Part shown: positions 12,101-25,016 of the stretch, piece by piece | How positions within the stretch are numbered: the stretch's first letter is position 1 | Layout of the letters: each line of letters begins with the position of its first letter | Source of the DNA: Tubiluchus corallicola | Lineage: Eukaryota > Animalia > Priapulida | Direction of reading: 5' to 3' | DNA length: 64,000 nt | Assembly: GCA_030141605.1 (NCBI GenBank) | Contig: JAQGDQ010000029.1 | Coordinates: 372,001-436,000 of the forward strand | Translations under genes and position numbers: made by a program | Notes under the pieces: generated by a model | Databases searched by the model: none | What the model was told of the DNA's origin: nothing | The model's input: only the letters and a program-made list of their open reading frames with translations

Positions 12101-15100
12101 CCCTCTTGCATGTTGAGCCTCTCAACTTGCAAAAATATGTAAAATTTAATGCATGCACTGCATTCAAAGTACAAAGCACGAAACAAACTAAGAACCGATG
12201 CCCCTTATGGCATGTTCAGATGTAGAGGCTTCTCTCGCAATTTGTTGCACAACTTCTCTCTGAGAGAAAAGTCACATGTGTGAACAGCTTGGTAATGTCT
12301 CCTGCAACTTATTGCAAACTCAGCGACAGTTGCTGAGAGTTAACTTGGACAATAAGTTGAGAGAGAAATTGCCAAGCCGTTCACACATGCGACTTTTACT
12401 CTCAGAGAAAATCACCTGTCAGGTTGAAGATCAATTCTGTATTTGATCAAGAAATACAAAATGGAACAACAGTGTATGGATGCATGAATTTTAGTGTAGA
12501 GTAGGTAATATAAAGGACAAGCAAATCAACAATAACACAAAGAACTTCAAATACAAAGAAAACAATTTAAAGAAAGGTGTTTAGCAAAGTGAGCATTTTG
12601 TTTTTAGAACAATACATCTATATGCTGCACTATAGCACTTACCTCTGATACAAATTTGGTTGTAATGTCACTAAGAGTTCGCAACATCGGTGTTGCATTT
12701 GCATAGAAAAGAGACATTCTGTTAGCTAATTCGTTATTCACTTCAAAATGGTCATCATCTACACTGTCCTGTAAAGACAAAATACAAAGTACAATGCAAA
12801 AGGCAGAGAAATTAGGTTAGTGCTTTAAGAGTCTAGACAAAGATAGTGACTTAATGACTGTTCATACTTAATTAGAAAATTGTAAACATAGATGTTATGC
12901 AGTACGTTTTCGGATGTAACTGAACAATAATTCAATTGCAATTCAATTCACTTATAAGCAACTAGCTTGACGTTTTATTTAAATTGTCTAAAAACATCCA
13001 TAATTTGATCGGGACACTTACACTCAAAGCAGCTAATAAAAATAATGATTTTGTTGCCTAAAATCCAAATATAAAGGCTCTTTGGTCTACAAACATTTAA
13101 AATTCACAAGAAATCTACGAATAGTATTTTAAAGATAATATTAATAATAGTTAATAATAGCAGTTAATAATAATAATTAAATTAATCAAGTTTAAATTCC
13201 TATTATGCTAATGCAGAAAAGCTGTTTATATGTTTAACATAACAACAGTACTTACAATCGATGACTCCATTTTTAGCCGGCTGATTGACCTGCGGTAGTA
13301 GCTAAAATCATTCTGTATTGCTGGTGTACACATCTGAAAAAAGAGGCATAGTCACAGGGCATAATTTCATTATAGAGAACATGCTAATATGCTGTGACTA
13401 TCACAATAAAGTTATAAAAAAGATTTATTTTAGCATTAAACAAGAATTAACAGACGATTCTGCCATAATTAAGATAAAATATTCTATTCATAGTGATCAA
13501 ATGATGTGATTCATGGCAACAAGGAAAGTAGAAAATGCTTGAAAATTTTCTGGGGTCATAACTGAAAAACAAGTTAGTGAAAATAACTTGTTGTTTACGT
13601 ACCTTATCAGCTTAAGTATTTACAAACAACTAACTTTATGCAACATAATATTCAAAACTCATCAACAGTTCAGATTGTAAGAAACCCATGTTTGTTGTGC
13701 AATAGAGCAAAAACTATATACACATGATAGTATTGCCAATAATAGGAGTAGAAGTTAATGTTTTCCAAATTTTCCAAATGGCAAAAATCATGAAATAAAT
13801 AAAATCGTCAGGTTTTTGTTAAGACAGACAAAATTTTTTGAGTTACTTATCAATAACTTTTTTTAAATTGTACATTTTATTATTTATTCAGAGAGAAAAA
13901 ACATAAAAATAACAATCATAGCACTAATTGTCATGTTATGATGATGATAACATTGTCAGTCCTTTTGTTTATGATCAAATTTAGATTGCAGCTTTACAAT
14001 ATTCTGAGACAAATTGCCAATTTTACTTATTTTTTGTAATCTACTAAAATAATTACCTTTAAATCATCAAACTTCAAGGTAAAGTGAATAATTTCAGCAA
14101 ACTGTTTGGCCAAAGCCTGCTGCTGCTCCAAGTGTTCTGTCGGAGACAATGGGCCACTACACAGTTGCCATAGTAACTGTGGCACTACCGCCTCTGCAAA
14201 ATTAAATAATTTAAAGATCAGCAGCAGGTCATAACAAAAAAATAGCCCAGATGGTAAAACTTAAATGTTAAGTGATTGCTGTAATACTACACAGTGCCAA
14301 ATGATTTCCTGATGACCTCCTCCTGTGAGAGAAAAATGAAACTAATAGAACAGAAAAATCTTGTTGAAAACTTATTTCTCAAAATCTCAACAGCATGCCA
14401 AACTGATTTAGCTCACAGCAGGAACCAATTAAAACTAATTTCACCTGGAATAGAAGACACGTGTTAAAACACAACATGTGTGAATTATTTTCTACAAAAC
14501 GTTTCAGCTATAAACTGCAAGATATACCTTTTCTCACGATTATTTTCTTCTTCACCCCTTAAATTTTTGTAACAGTGTTATAAGCAAAAAACACGGTGAA
14601 ACAAATATTAAATGTTTATTAATTTTTGCATTCATTAGAAAAGTGACTTACCTAGCTGCAGAGAAAACTCATAATACTGTTTTAATCTAGATACAAGAGG
14701 TAAAACTGTGTCCCAGGCTTTTTCTTGATGAATTTCACTAGACGGATGTGCTATAGCCTGAAAAACACAAAGCAAAAGCAACCGTAGTTATGACATGTCC
14801 ATAAACAGTACTACAGGACATGTTAACAATGACATTCTTACTTAATCATGAATGTGTGACAAGCCATCGACTTCAATCGTACTTTTGTCTACAATCTCAT
14901 TATTTATTAAAAATACAAATAAATAAAACATAGCATTCTTCTGTAAGGCATAAAAAGCGTATGCAGACCTAGAGAATAGCTATTCTAGTGCCTGCAATGG
15001 GGTTAATGTCTGCTGCTCTTGGTTTACAGAAGAAAGGCTGCACACACAATTTTATAAAATCAATAAATAATGAAATGCATATACATTTAGCAGATACATA

Positions 15101-18100
15101 TATCAGTTTCCTAGACGTATAATTTCCAAATATCAAATGGTTTAAATTTTAAACTAAAATTTCTCTGTAGTGCAAAAGTTAAAATATAATGCATAATATG
15201 CAGAAGGTCTGCGTAACTCAACATACATCTCTAATTTCAGAAACTGCACCCTTATAAAGCTGAAGATCTTTGAGTAACGCATCGGCATGCCGTAACACTG
15301 CATCCACAACGAAGAATGTTTCCCTTTCGCTCTCTGTAGGCTGGGCATCTAAAAACAACAAACAGTGTTACTGTAAACAACATAAAAACTAGAGCCAAAA
15401 AAGCTTAAGTGCTAGGACAGTCTCATGGAGTGGAAGAGACTGAATAAATTAAATAATATACACTGGCGACTGAAACTGAAATGTTGTGTCTGAGTCTGCA
15501 TTATGATCCTGTAAGTCATGTGTTCATCAAGAGAGGAAATCCGGCCCACTGAATATAATTAGCAATATAGAATATAATAATAGCATGTATTAATACATAC
15601 ATTGTGTAATTATGCACATTTGTGTATATTACGTAACGTGTACATTAGTCATATAATGATACTTATAATATGAGTCAACATTTGTGTATATTACGTAACA
15701 TGTACATTAGTCATATACTGACTCTTATATAATATGAGTAATAAACTGAAAATCAAAATTCCCTGTTTAACTATACCTAAAAAACCAAACAATATCACAG
15801 TGTTCATAGTAAGGCCTGAAAGCATGGTATTAGCTGATCGGTCATGTCGTGTGCTTAGCGACCGACGTTACACGACACCAATACTGCTCAGTAAAAGGAA
15901 TAATGATCACCAGGAAAACAGCTTCTAGGAAATTTCACCTGCCATACACTTGCCAGATATGTCTTCTATTGAGAGAGGAAGTCAGTGCATCTGAATGTGG
16001 CTAAGATTTTAACTGCCTCAGTGTCTCGTGAGAAGATTATCCCTGGCGATTAACAATGTCCAGTCCTACTACAACCATCTACATTAAGTAGGCCCTCCCC
16101 ACTGAGTGCTGGATTCCAGGCTTCAACATGCATAGTAATGAACTATATACAATATAACAGTTTTACAAGAAATTAAATAGCCTATATCAATAACAAGGAA
16201 CCTTTACAAAGACTTATGGTTACCAATTTATATATATTATAATAATATTAATTTATTAGTGAAAAAAGGGATAACTTAATAATTTACTAATTTACATCTG
16301 TGTGGCTAAGACACCACTGCTGGTTCAGTGGCTCATCTTAGAGGGATGTCCTGGATAATAAGTAAGTCTCCGGTCACGCGAACACACATCTCCTTGAGAA
16401 GGTCCTGAATTTGAGCGATTTCCGGTGTGAAATGCCCGAAGTGTATGAAAAATCCCTAATAACCATACAGAACGCGCCCATAAGAACTCCCTTAGAAACA
16501 ACACCGAAATTGTCAGTTGCACTCACATCCTGGATCTCATTGATTTCTTCGTTTATTTAGGCAAGTTCCAGGAAGAAAGGGAATAAATTTCCCAAAGTTT
16601 AAACAGTTCACAGAATCAATAAAACAAAGAAGCTTGAGACTATTACTTCACCGTGATTGGTACCAAGAGACTCTCAGCATCATTATTTTCTAATTAAGAA
16701 AGAGTTGAATCTCATTACAGGCAAGCATTGAATATTGATTAAAAAGCATCAGCTTACATCAATCTTGTCAAAGGATGGCGCCACATGTTTAAACATGTTA
16801 TGAATAATATATGTGCAACTGGACGCCAGTACCAAAATTATCAACGTAATAAGAAGCATTTTAGTATTTATCAGAGTATGGTATCAATTTAACCAACTTA
16901 ATTAAACGTCACAGTTGTTATAAAAACACATTAACTGGAAGGAGAAAATCACTAATTACAAGAAAATGACTTTTAACAGTCCCGAATTTTCTACAAAAGC
17001 AAAACTAAAATGTTTTAGACTAGGCGTTCAAGTTCACAAACACAACCCACGTGAAATATAGCACTGTAGCTTTCTACAACCCAATAAAATTGGTCTTAAA
17101 ACGTGGAGGCTCCAGACTAACACAAAAACTGCAATAAACGTGTCATTTAGTTATCAGTTACGTAAATATTTTTTATAATCCTACATATTTGCATTGCTCT
17201 GTTGCAGTGACTTTTTGAAATTTTTAGGCGTAAAGTTGTCTAAATGACTAAACAGTTAAGCCATTAAAGTTGCTATCTTATATCTATTTCACCTCATTCT
17301 ATCATCGCGCTTTCACTGCTCTCTATTTCGCACTTTACAATACCAGTATTTTGATGCAGTCTTAACTTTCCGTAGGTTTTACTGCACCTACTCGTTGGTG
17401 ATAATTTGAGTAATTAGACTGAACTACGATTTTTAACATGTACAGCAATTTACCTAAGATTACATTAAGAAATTACATTCAGGCCACAAGTAGGTGCTGA
17501 TTTAGCTTAACAATTTGACGTAGTTCATACCAGTGCACTTTGCTGTCTACACGCTGCTTATGATTTGCATATCTGAACTGGCCGCTACTGTCGCAAGTCT
17601 AATAAAAAGTCCCCAAAAATAAACCGGAAACGAGATAGGTATAAACAGAACATGACACTGCACTTCCTTATTTATACAACACAGCAGCTTCAGTGAGACA
17701 CGACCACACCTAAAGCACAACCCTGATTCCAAGCAGACATTGCCTTTCAGCCTGATTTATGAACAGCTTGTAGAAGAGGTTTAGCAGTGCTCACATACAA
17801 TATGTAAACTTAAATTTATTATTAACTCTTAAAAAGACAAGCTAAGGTTAGTAGCTTTGGTGAGTATATTTATCAAGAATGCATGTTGTGTTATTTTAGG
17901 TTTCTACCATTGTAAATCTTATTGTGAATTTGAGAAAGGTCCATGTGTGGAAAGACCACGGGATAGAGAATCAAAACAGACAAATTATCAGACTACAAGA
18001 ATCACCTTATACATCTTTTAAAAGTAGTCAAACACTACCAGCCCTATAAGTATAGCTCATATTTGGTACTCACTTTGTAACACATTTATGAATGCAAACA

Positions 18101-18767
18101 AGTCATTATAAAATACATATCAAATATTCAGCATCTGTAATGGGAAACTATCACACTATATTGTATACTGCTGAAATCGTGTGCATGTATAGGGAATGTA
18201 TAGTTTAGGATAATGTGAAAGAAGTGTAACTGAAATTCACATTTCAATAAGCGACTAACGATGTAAAAAACTGCCAGTTTATGTGAACTTACACCACAAG
18301 ATAAATTCTTTGAATGTGTAAAAAAATTTGGAAACAAACGGCGGCATGTGCAAGCGATAACTAACTCGTACTGCTTTCAATCATCTTCTTCCTTCTGTCA
18401 AATTGGCTTCAACAGTTTGGCTTTGATAATCTCAACTGATTTAGTTTGATGATAATTATCTAAAAATCTGTTCCCATACGGGGAAATGTGCAGTCATCAT
18501 TATTTCTGCCGTGGTCCTTTCACTGGTGGTCCTTCGACTTACAGCCAAACTTTTGAAAGTTCTAAAAAGGCTTGCAACAAGCAAGCAAATATTTAAAGTT
18601 CAAGCCACATCACCTCTGATTGGGTATTTAACAGCAAATATTTCTAAAATTATTAAAATAACCGAGAACGTAAGATGCTAAAACGTAAGTTGCTTACTCT
18701 CAAAGTCAACAAAGACATCTGCACGTGGTGGCTCTTCTCGAGTAAGAATTCGCAACAAATTGCCCAT
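9121..18767 (-). CDS. CYRI: CYFIP-related Rac1 interactor (CYRI / FAM49, DUF1394), 10 coding exons, 326 aa
   Basis: Exons (minus): 18698-18767, 15227-15348, 14652-14757, 14057-14193, 13256-13333, 12643-12768, 11576-11655, 11045-11171, 10034-10104, 9121-9184. All GT-AG, phases consistent, 981 nt total. Translation [28 protein letters not shown]...[45 protein letters not shown]...[17 protein letters not shown]...[22 protein letters not shown]...[26 protein letters not shown] is recognisably FAM49/CYRI, with the Gly2 myristoylation site and the YYRR Rac1-binding arginines. Confidence 0.96.
12256..12407. mobile_element. Palindromic (fold-back) MITE-like element in CYRI intron
   Basis: About 58-bp imperfect inverted arms: TCTCTGAGAGAAAAGTCACATGTGTGAACAGCTTGGTAAT... 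versus ...ATTGCCAAGCCGTTCACACATGCGACTTTTACTCTCAGAGA. Ends and TSD not resolved. Confidence 0.6.
15617..15739. repeat. About 62-bp tandem duplication in CYRI intron
   Basis: ACATTTGTGTATATTACGTAAC(G/A)TGTACATTAGTCATATA...TAATATGAGT occurs twice. Confidence 0.85.
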
Positions 18768-20769
18768 GTTTGTCTAAAAAAAGAAAGAGAAAAAAAGTTC
18801 AGTCTAAGCTAATACTTTAAGCTTAATACTGAATGACAGTAAACCTATTAGCTTAAATGCAGTAGTTACCGTAAAGATTCATGGTACGAAATTTGGAAAA
18901 ATGACAAAAAATCCAATTCTATAAGCAGCTACAAACGGTATGCAGTCAAAGTGAAAGAAAAGCAAAAACAAACTTCAAGTTATATGCCCAAATGGCAGAA
19001 ACAGGAGAATATCAGTTCATCTAGCTATAGATCAACATATGTCATAGTCCAAAAAGGGCTTTTCAAGACGATGGTACGCAATCAGCTGCAGTCATTCTAT
19101 TGTAACTGAAACCGTACACGTTCGGCTCCAGTCAGCCAAGTTTTTACACGAGAATCATGTCACTCACTCATCTCAAAAATCATTCTACCAAAGTACAGTC
19201 TAGAAAATTTGGTCGTACAACTGTACTCAAATATGTGGCACTTACAAACGACGTCTTATGCGATTAATAATGACTCACTTGGTGAAACTGCTGTCAGAAA
19301 ACAGCAAATTTCCACAACTTCTTTAGTAAATTAGCCCGCATGCGGGCGCCAAACACGCACAAGAGTCTTTTCAACACTAGATAACTGTGAGACTGAAAGC
19401 TATTCATAAACGCCACAACAGACCTCAATCAAATATGAAAATCTCAAGCATCCATCAAAACAAGTCTCCATCAGCAACTGCCAGCAACACAGTAATGCTG
19501 GCAAAACCAAATACGTAATATTCAATCTACGAACCAGTCCAATAACTCTCAGACTCCAGAGCAAAGTGATAAAAGAGATGCTTAAGCCTGGGTTTTACTG
19601 TGTGTTCTCAGAGTTACTGTTTCTGAGGAGGAAATAAAGCAGCACACATCCCCCTCCACCAATAAAATGCACCGTCCTGCAGTTGTACCATACGAAGCGT
19701 TTACAATGTTAGGGTGAAGTCAGGGCTAAAGAGTTAACAACACCAGGAAAGAAACAGTTAATAACCCCCACAGAGAAAGCCAAACCTAGGAGGAGTTGAT
19801 AAACTGAAGGATGGGAAATTTAATAAAGACACTGCGCAAATGTGGAGACAAGAGAGACGAAATTTAGTAAACCCAAGGGTAACAGAAGAAAGTATCTGGC
19901 CAAATAGCTAACAAAGCCACTTAAGACAGGGAGGAAAGAATTAACATTGTCATATAAAAGTAATCTTGAAAGCACCTAACACAGACACAACAACAGAATA
20001 CTTACTTATTTCAAGATTTTAGTAACAGCGCACACAGCATTTTAGCTACAAGATTTAAAATGAAGCATCAAAATATGGCTTCTTGAATAAAATACTCATA
20101 AATGCAAGCAGTGCTTAGAAGCTAGCTCACTGCACAGGAATGCTCTAGGAAGCCAGCTGACAAATTTCATCATCAGTATTTTTACTGAAACGAAGCTGAA
20201 AGGAGCGATTTAATGCCAAAACGAGACTGAGATATAATCAATAAGGCACGAGTTCTAGACACGATGGACAAAACTAAAATCCATTCTCGAGGAGATTGAG
20301 CGGCGACCTAATTGCGTCATTTCCGCCCATTCACAGTAACCCATGCAGCGCTTATTGCTCGGAATTACAGTTTTTCCAGGAGGCGAAGACTGTGGTATTC
20401 GGGGAGACAAAAAAAGCGATTCTATGAAGGGTGCATGACAAAAAATTAAAAAGCACCGCTTGACCTATAGTGCATGCAACAAATTATGTGGTAAAGGTAT
20501 TATTTCAATAGCTAATTGGCATTTAGTAGGTTAAATGCACATGAGAGCCTAAGAAGTCTAATCACTCGAGTTACTTATATATGAGAAACATATATGAAGC
20601 TAGTAAACAACAAGACAACAACAACAACAATACGCTTTTTTATTAATAAATACGCTTGTGCAATTGTACACTTTGTCTTTTATGTATTGTATTTGTATTA
20701 TCTCTGTAGCCAGAGGACTTTTGTATCAGCTTTACTGTACATGCAAAGGTTGTAAAATAAATATGTTTA

Positions 20770-20850
20770 AAACAACAACAACAACAACAATGACAATAAC
20801 AGTAACAAGAATAACTATAATAATATTAATAGTAATAATAACAACAACAA
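20770..20850. repeat. (ACA)n/(ATA)n degenerate trinucleotide repeat
   Basis: Directly visible. Explains the spurious poly-T/I/V ORFs on both strands. Confidence 0.85.
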
Positions 20851-23246
20851 TAGAAAGCCCATAAAATAAGGTTTTCGTGTATGCTTCAGAAGATTTTTCG
20901 AAGGGATGCCAATGCAACATTCATTACTTAATACACAAAAAACACAGGTCAGAGGTCACCAGACTGCCATCGCTTCCAGGCCTACCTATCATATGAGTTT
21001 CAGATTGCCCCTAGATTGCATACTTTTGTAGTTATTAAGCGAAATAAATAATTTAATTAATTCATTATAGATAAACGCAATGAAATTCAAAAAATACTTT
21101 GTTATATAGCAACATATTAATCACTTAACATGAATCTGTTGAACAAAGTATTTTGTTATGACTCAGCGCTCATGATTGAAACTGCTCTAGTCAGCAATAT
21201 TAGTTGCAGTACCTGAGTCAGAGACTTGGCGCCACTCACAGACACGAGAAAATCACAAATGACAGGTACTTAGTCACCTGGTTTCACCTGTCGTACATAC
21301 GTATATGAGAGCTGATATAAATAGACTGCGCTAAAGCTGCCATAAGTACACTACGCTTATTGAATTTCTCTTGGGGTGCTTTTACTGCACAAAAGAGCCG
21401 ATAATTTCGTAAATAATGCAACATTAATGACCAGCATGGTGTGCAGCTTCCCTACATGGAAGGAAAAAAGAATATAGATGGATAAATGAGTCAGTCAATG
21501 TGTAACGTGTGATGTAAAACGGACGATTTTATGAAACCAAAAAATGTAACCCCATGGAAATTTAACAATGTCAGAAAAAAGTTAGGACTGCCTAATACCC
21601 TTAGTCACACTGACCGATAAATAACTAAGCAATGAAGTACATCAGTAAACACTTTTATACTGCAAGGGGACAAGAACCAAGAAAAATGTACAAACACATA
21701 AACACCGAAAAAATACCCATTCAGCACTTTCTTGCAAACTTCAAAACCGCTACGCATTTTGTAGCATGTAGCATAGCAGGCAAGAGTTAACCACGCGGCT
21801 CCCGCAGTATTCAGCAATTAGAAGCACTATCAAAATTCCCGCACGCTCGAGTAGGTTTAATGACGCCAGGATAGCTCCTAAGCGTCTTGAATAATCTTGC
21901 GTAATTTAATGAAAGGAAGCCACTTAGTATGGGCTAAGACTCTAAGGGTAGAGAATTAATAATAAAATCATTATTTGTGAAATTGTGGAACTATAAACCC
22001 TTAACTACATATAGCGCTAACAGAACTATATCACAGGAAAAACAACGAAAACAAAAAACAAGTGACTTAATTAACAGAGGTTGTTTTAAAAAAAACTAAG
22101 CTTACGAAAACATTTGTAATATTTTCATGAGCTAATTACAATATAAAAAATGGGCTGACGTGTAATGAAAACTGAATAAAAAATACTCTATAAATCATTT
22201 TCCTAATTAGTCAGTGAAACAAAATCACTGTTTCACTGATCAAATAATTTTTATGACTCAATCAAATTTCAGCAGCTTGTAATTAAAATTCACATAAAAT
22301 TTTATAGCTTCAGGGTTTTTCCAGCGGAGCTCTGCTGTTTGCAAATCAAAGGTTTGCAATGAAACGCCTCTAGAAGACACCCATTGAATTATAAAGTGCT
22401 TGATATATTTTTCTCTCGCTAATTCTTTTTGCACTTTAAAAACACATCTATAATAAACGATAATCTCCATAAGCTCATTCCCATAGTGATCAAGTTTTTA
22501 TTTTGGCCTTAATTCATTCGAACTCGAACTTCACAAGTTTTATTTTTGTTCTGTCCAGTATGTACATAAATATACGGTACATTACTACATATGCATTGGT
22601 CTGTTTAGTTATCGTGTTAATTAATTGCACATAAAATCGATACTAAGTTTGTCTCCAATATCGCAAAGTTTGTCATTTTGACAGTCACAACATTTATAAA
22701 TCAATAATACAACATGCACGTTTTTCTGCAGAGCTCAACATTCAACTAACTATAAGGTTGAACATGATGCTATAATCACTAAAGCAGTCTCTAGAAACCG
22801 AAAGGCAGACTAAATCACGAAATCTGATGATACACTTACCCCCACAATATTATTATGATATTTTTTGTTCTGATTCACAAATTCGATGACAGCTTCAAGT
22901 AAAAAATACTTTAACAATAATCCACAGGGAATTACAAGTCACGCCAATCATAGAACATTTACATTAGCAAGAAGGTTAACTATGGAGCTGTTTTAGCGCT
23001 TTCTTACTCAGCCAAGCTGGTGAAGTTTATGCTGTTTAACAGTTCCTGACACTGGGAATCAATACAAGCCAGAGACTTGTAGCTCCAACAGCTGAATGAA
23101 TGAATAAACATAATAGGAAGTGCCGGCTGGAATTCTCCTAACGTTGATGATTGATTGCTAAAATTGAATCCCTTGTGTAGACAAATTCATCCAACCAGTC
23201 ACTTGAGAGGAAAACGGGGGTTGCAGTTTGACTTACGAGGGAACTT

Positions 23247-23310
23247 CAGAGAAATGGGAAGGGTTGTGAGAGACAATGCAGAGAAATGCGAAGAGTTGTG
23301 AGAGACAATG
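23247..23310. repeat. 32-bp tandem duplication
   Basis: CAGAGAAATG(G/C)GAAG(G/A)GTTGTGAGAGACAATG twice. Confidence 0.9.
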
Positions 23311-23571
23311 TAGCCCCAAAAATATTACAAATATGAGGATCTATTAAACAACTATTGGCGTTAGCAAAATTATTAAAAGAAGAAATTTTTGAAAAATTCT
23401 TGCAGCGTTCTAACATCATGTAAGTTAGCAGTGGTATCTTTTAAACTTAACAAAACAAAAAAAATAATACGAGCTGACACATGCAAGTACTGTAGTGCCT
23501 GCACACAACGGTATGAGCTATATTTTGGGAATTAACTTCACACATGTATCAAAAATCTAATGAAATAAACC

Positions 23572-23601
23572 TCCAGATCCAGATCCAGATCCAGATCCAG
23601 A
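23572..23601. repeat. (TCCAGA)5 microsatellite, possibly the tail of a minus-strand LINE remnant
   Basis: Five perfect hexamer copies. Confidence 0.85.
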
Positions 23602-24992
23602 ATTTAATATACTTACAGCAGGGTCTTGATGCCCTACTACCGCATATTAGTATAAGGAAGTTACTTAAAATGCTCTGGAATTAAGTGTTTAGTGTTCAGG
23701 AATTTTGGTTGTCAAACATGAGTATATAGAAATTGATAAGGCAATGCAATTATATATACAAGTGAAGCTAGCATATACAATGCTATTACATAACAGTGTG
23801 TCTTTACTGTACAATGAGCATCAAAACTGTATAAATACCATAAACAAATCATTATTCTAGCAATACCACAATCTCGTGGACATATAGTAATTATTATGAA
23901 CCGAAACAGATGTATCCAAACAAGTGGCAGAATGCAAATACCCATCAATTTGTATATCTACGCATAAACTTCTGGTTACATACACACAGCAGTTCCCCAC
24001 CAAATGGCCAGGAATTTCAATGTTTCTATTTTCAAGGGGAGCTGTTTGGACTATAAACACTCATATTCAGCTCAACCTACATGCAAATAGCACCGATAGT
24101 ACAGCAGCATGTTTACTCTTGAAATAGGCGGATATCCTCAGATCATTCAATGCAATATCATCAAGACAAAATCAGTGACGTTTCATTCAAACCGCACGCT
24201 TTTTCAATCGTTAACTTGACACAAACTTCGCTAATATTGAATTTTTTTAGTTAACACGTTGAGCATGTTATTATAAATGCACCGCGTTATAATCTAGTCA
24301 CATATGGTTCACATAGTTTTAGCGTAGAGGAACCAAGATTATGGAATAATTTACTAATTCATGCACTTAAAATTAATAATGTTCAAAAGTTCAAATCATT
24401 CCTTAAAACTTATTTTTATAAAGAAGCCTTTTTAATTAATTAGAAATTTAATATGGACTAATGGATTTAATTACGGCTGATTTTTATATACATGTATTAT
24501 GATTTTAGTTTTATTTATAACAGCCTATTGTGTATGTACTATTTATGTGTTAATATTTTAAGTACGTAAAATTCATTAGTCCATTTTTAATGTTAATGCA
24601 TTTTAAATATTCAATCAATTATTACTAAATTATTATAAATTATAAATGATTTTATTAACAAAGCAACATTTTGTAGATGCTGGACTTGATAAAGATAAAG
24701 AACCTGATGAAACAATAGCCTATGTGTTGCTGCTAGTTACAAAGCTGCTCCCGTCCTTATCATCCGCATTTTTTCCATTTCTAGGCGAACCTGGACACAA
24801 CGTTACGCATTAAATAGCAATTGCCGGATGAATGTGAAAACAGCTCCAGAAAACACGAGTGAAGCTTTATCGGTGCTAGAGAACTATAAGCCTATAACAC
24901 ACCCTATTCAGCTTTACAATTGTGACCAAGTCGAGTTCAGCTTTATGAACACTCTGTTAGCAGCCACGTAACTATGAGTGATATATAAAAAC

Positions 24993-25016
24993 ATATATAT
25001 ATATATATATATATAT
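24993..25016. repeat. (AT)n microsatellite
   Basis: About 12 AT units. Confidence 0.9.

Noticed and set aside
15154-15348. 64-aa ORF starting MPSLQRAK
   Set aside because: Wrong-frame reading of CYRI coding exon 2. The true frame is [13 protein letters not shown]...
20658-20920. Poly-Thr/Ile/Val ORFs on both strands (similar case at 1648-1833)
   Set aside because: Translation of trinucleotide microsatellites.
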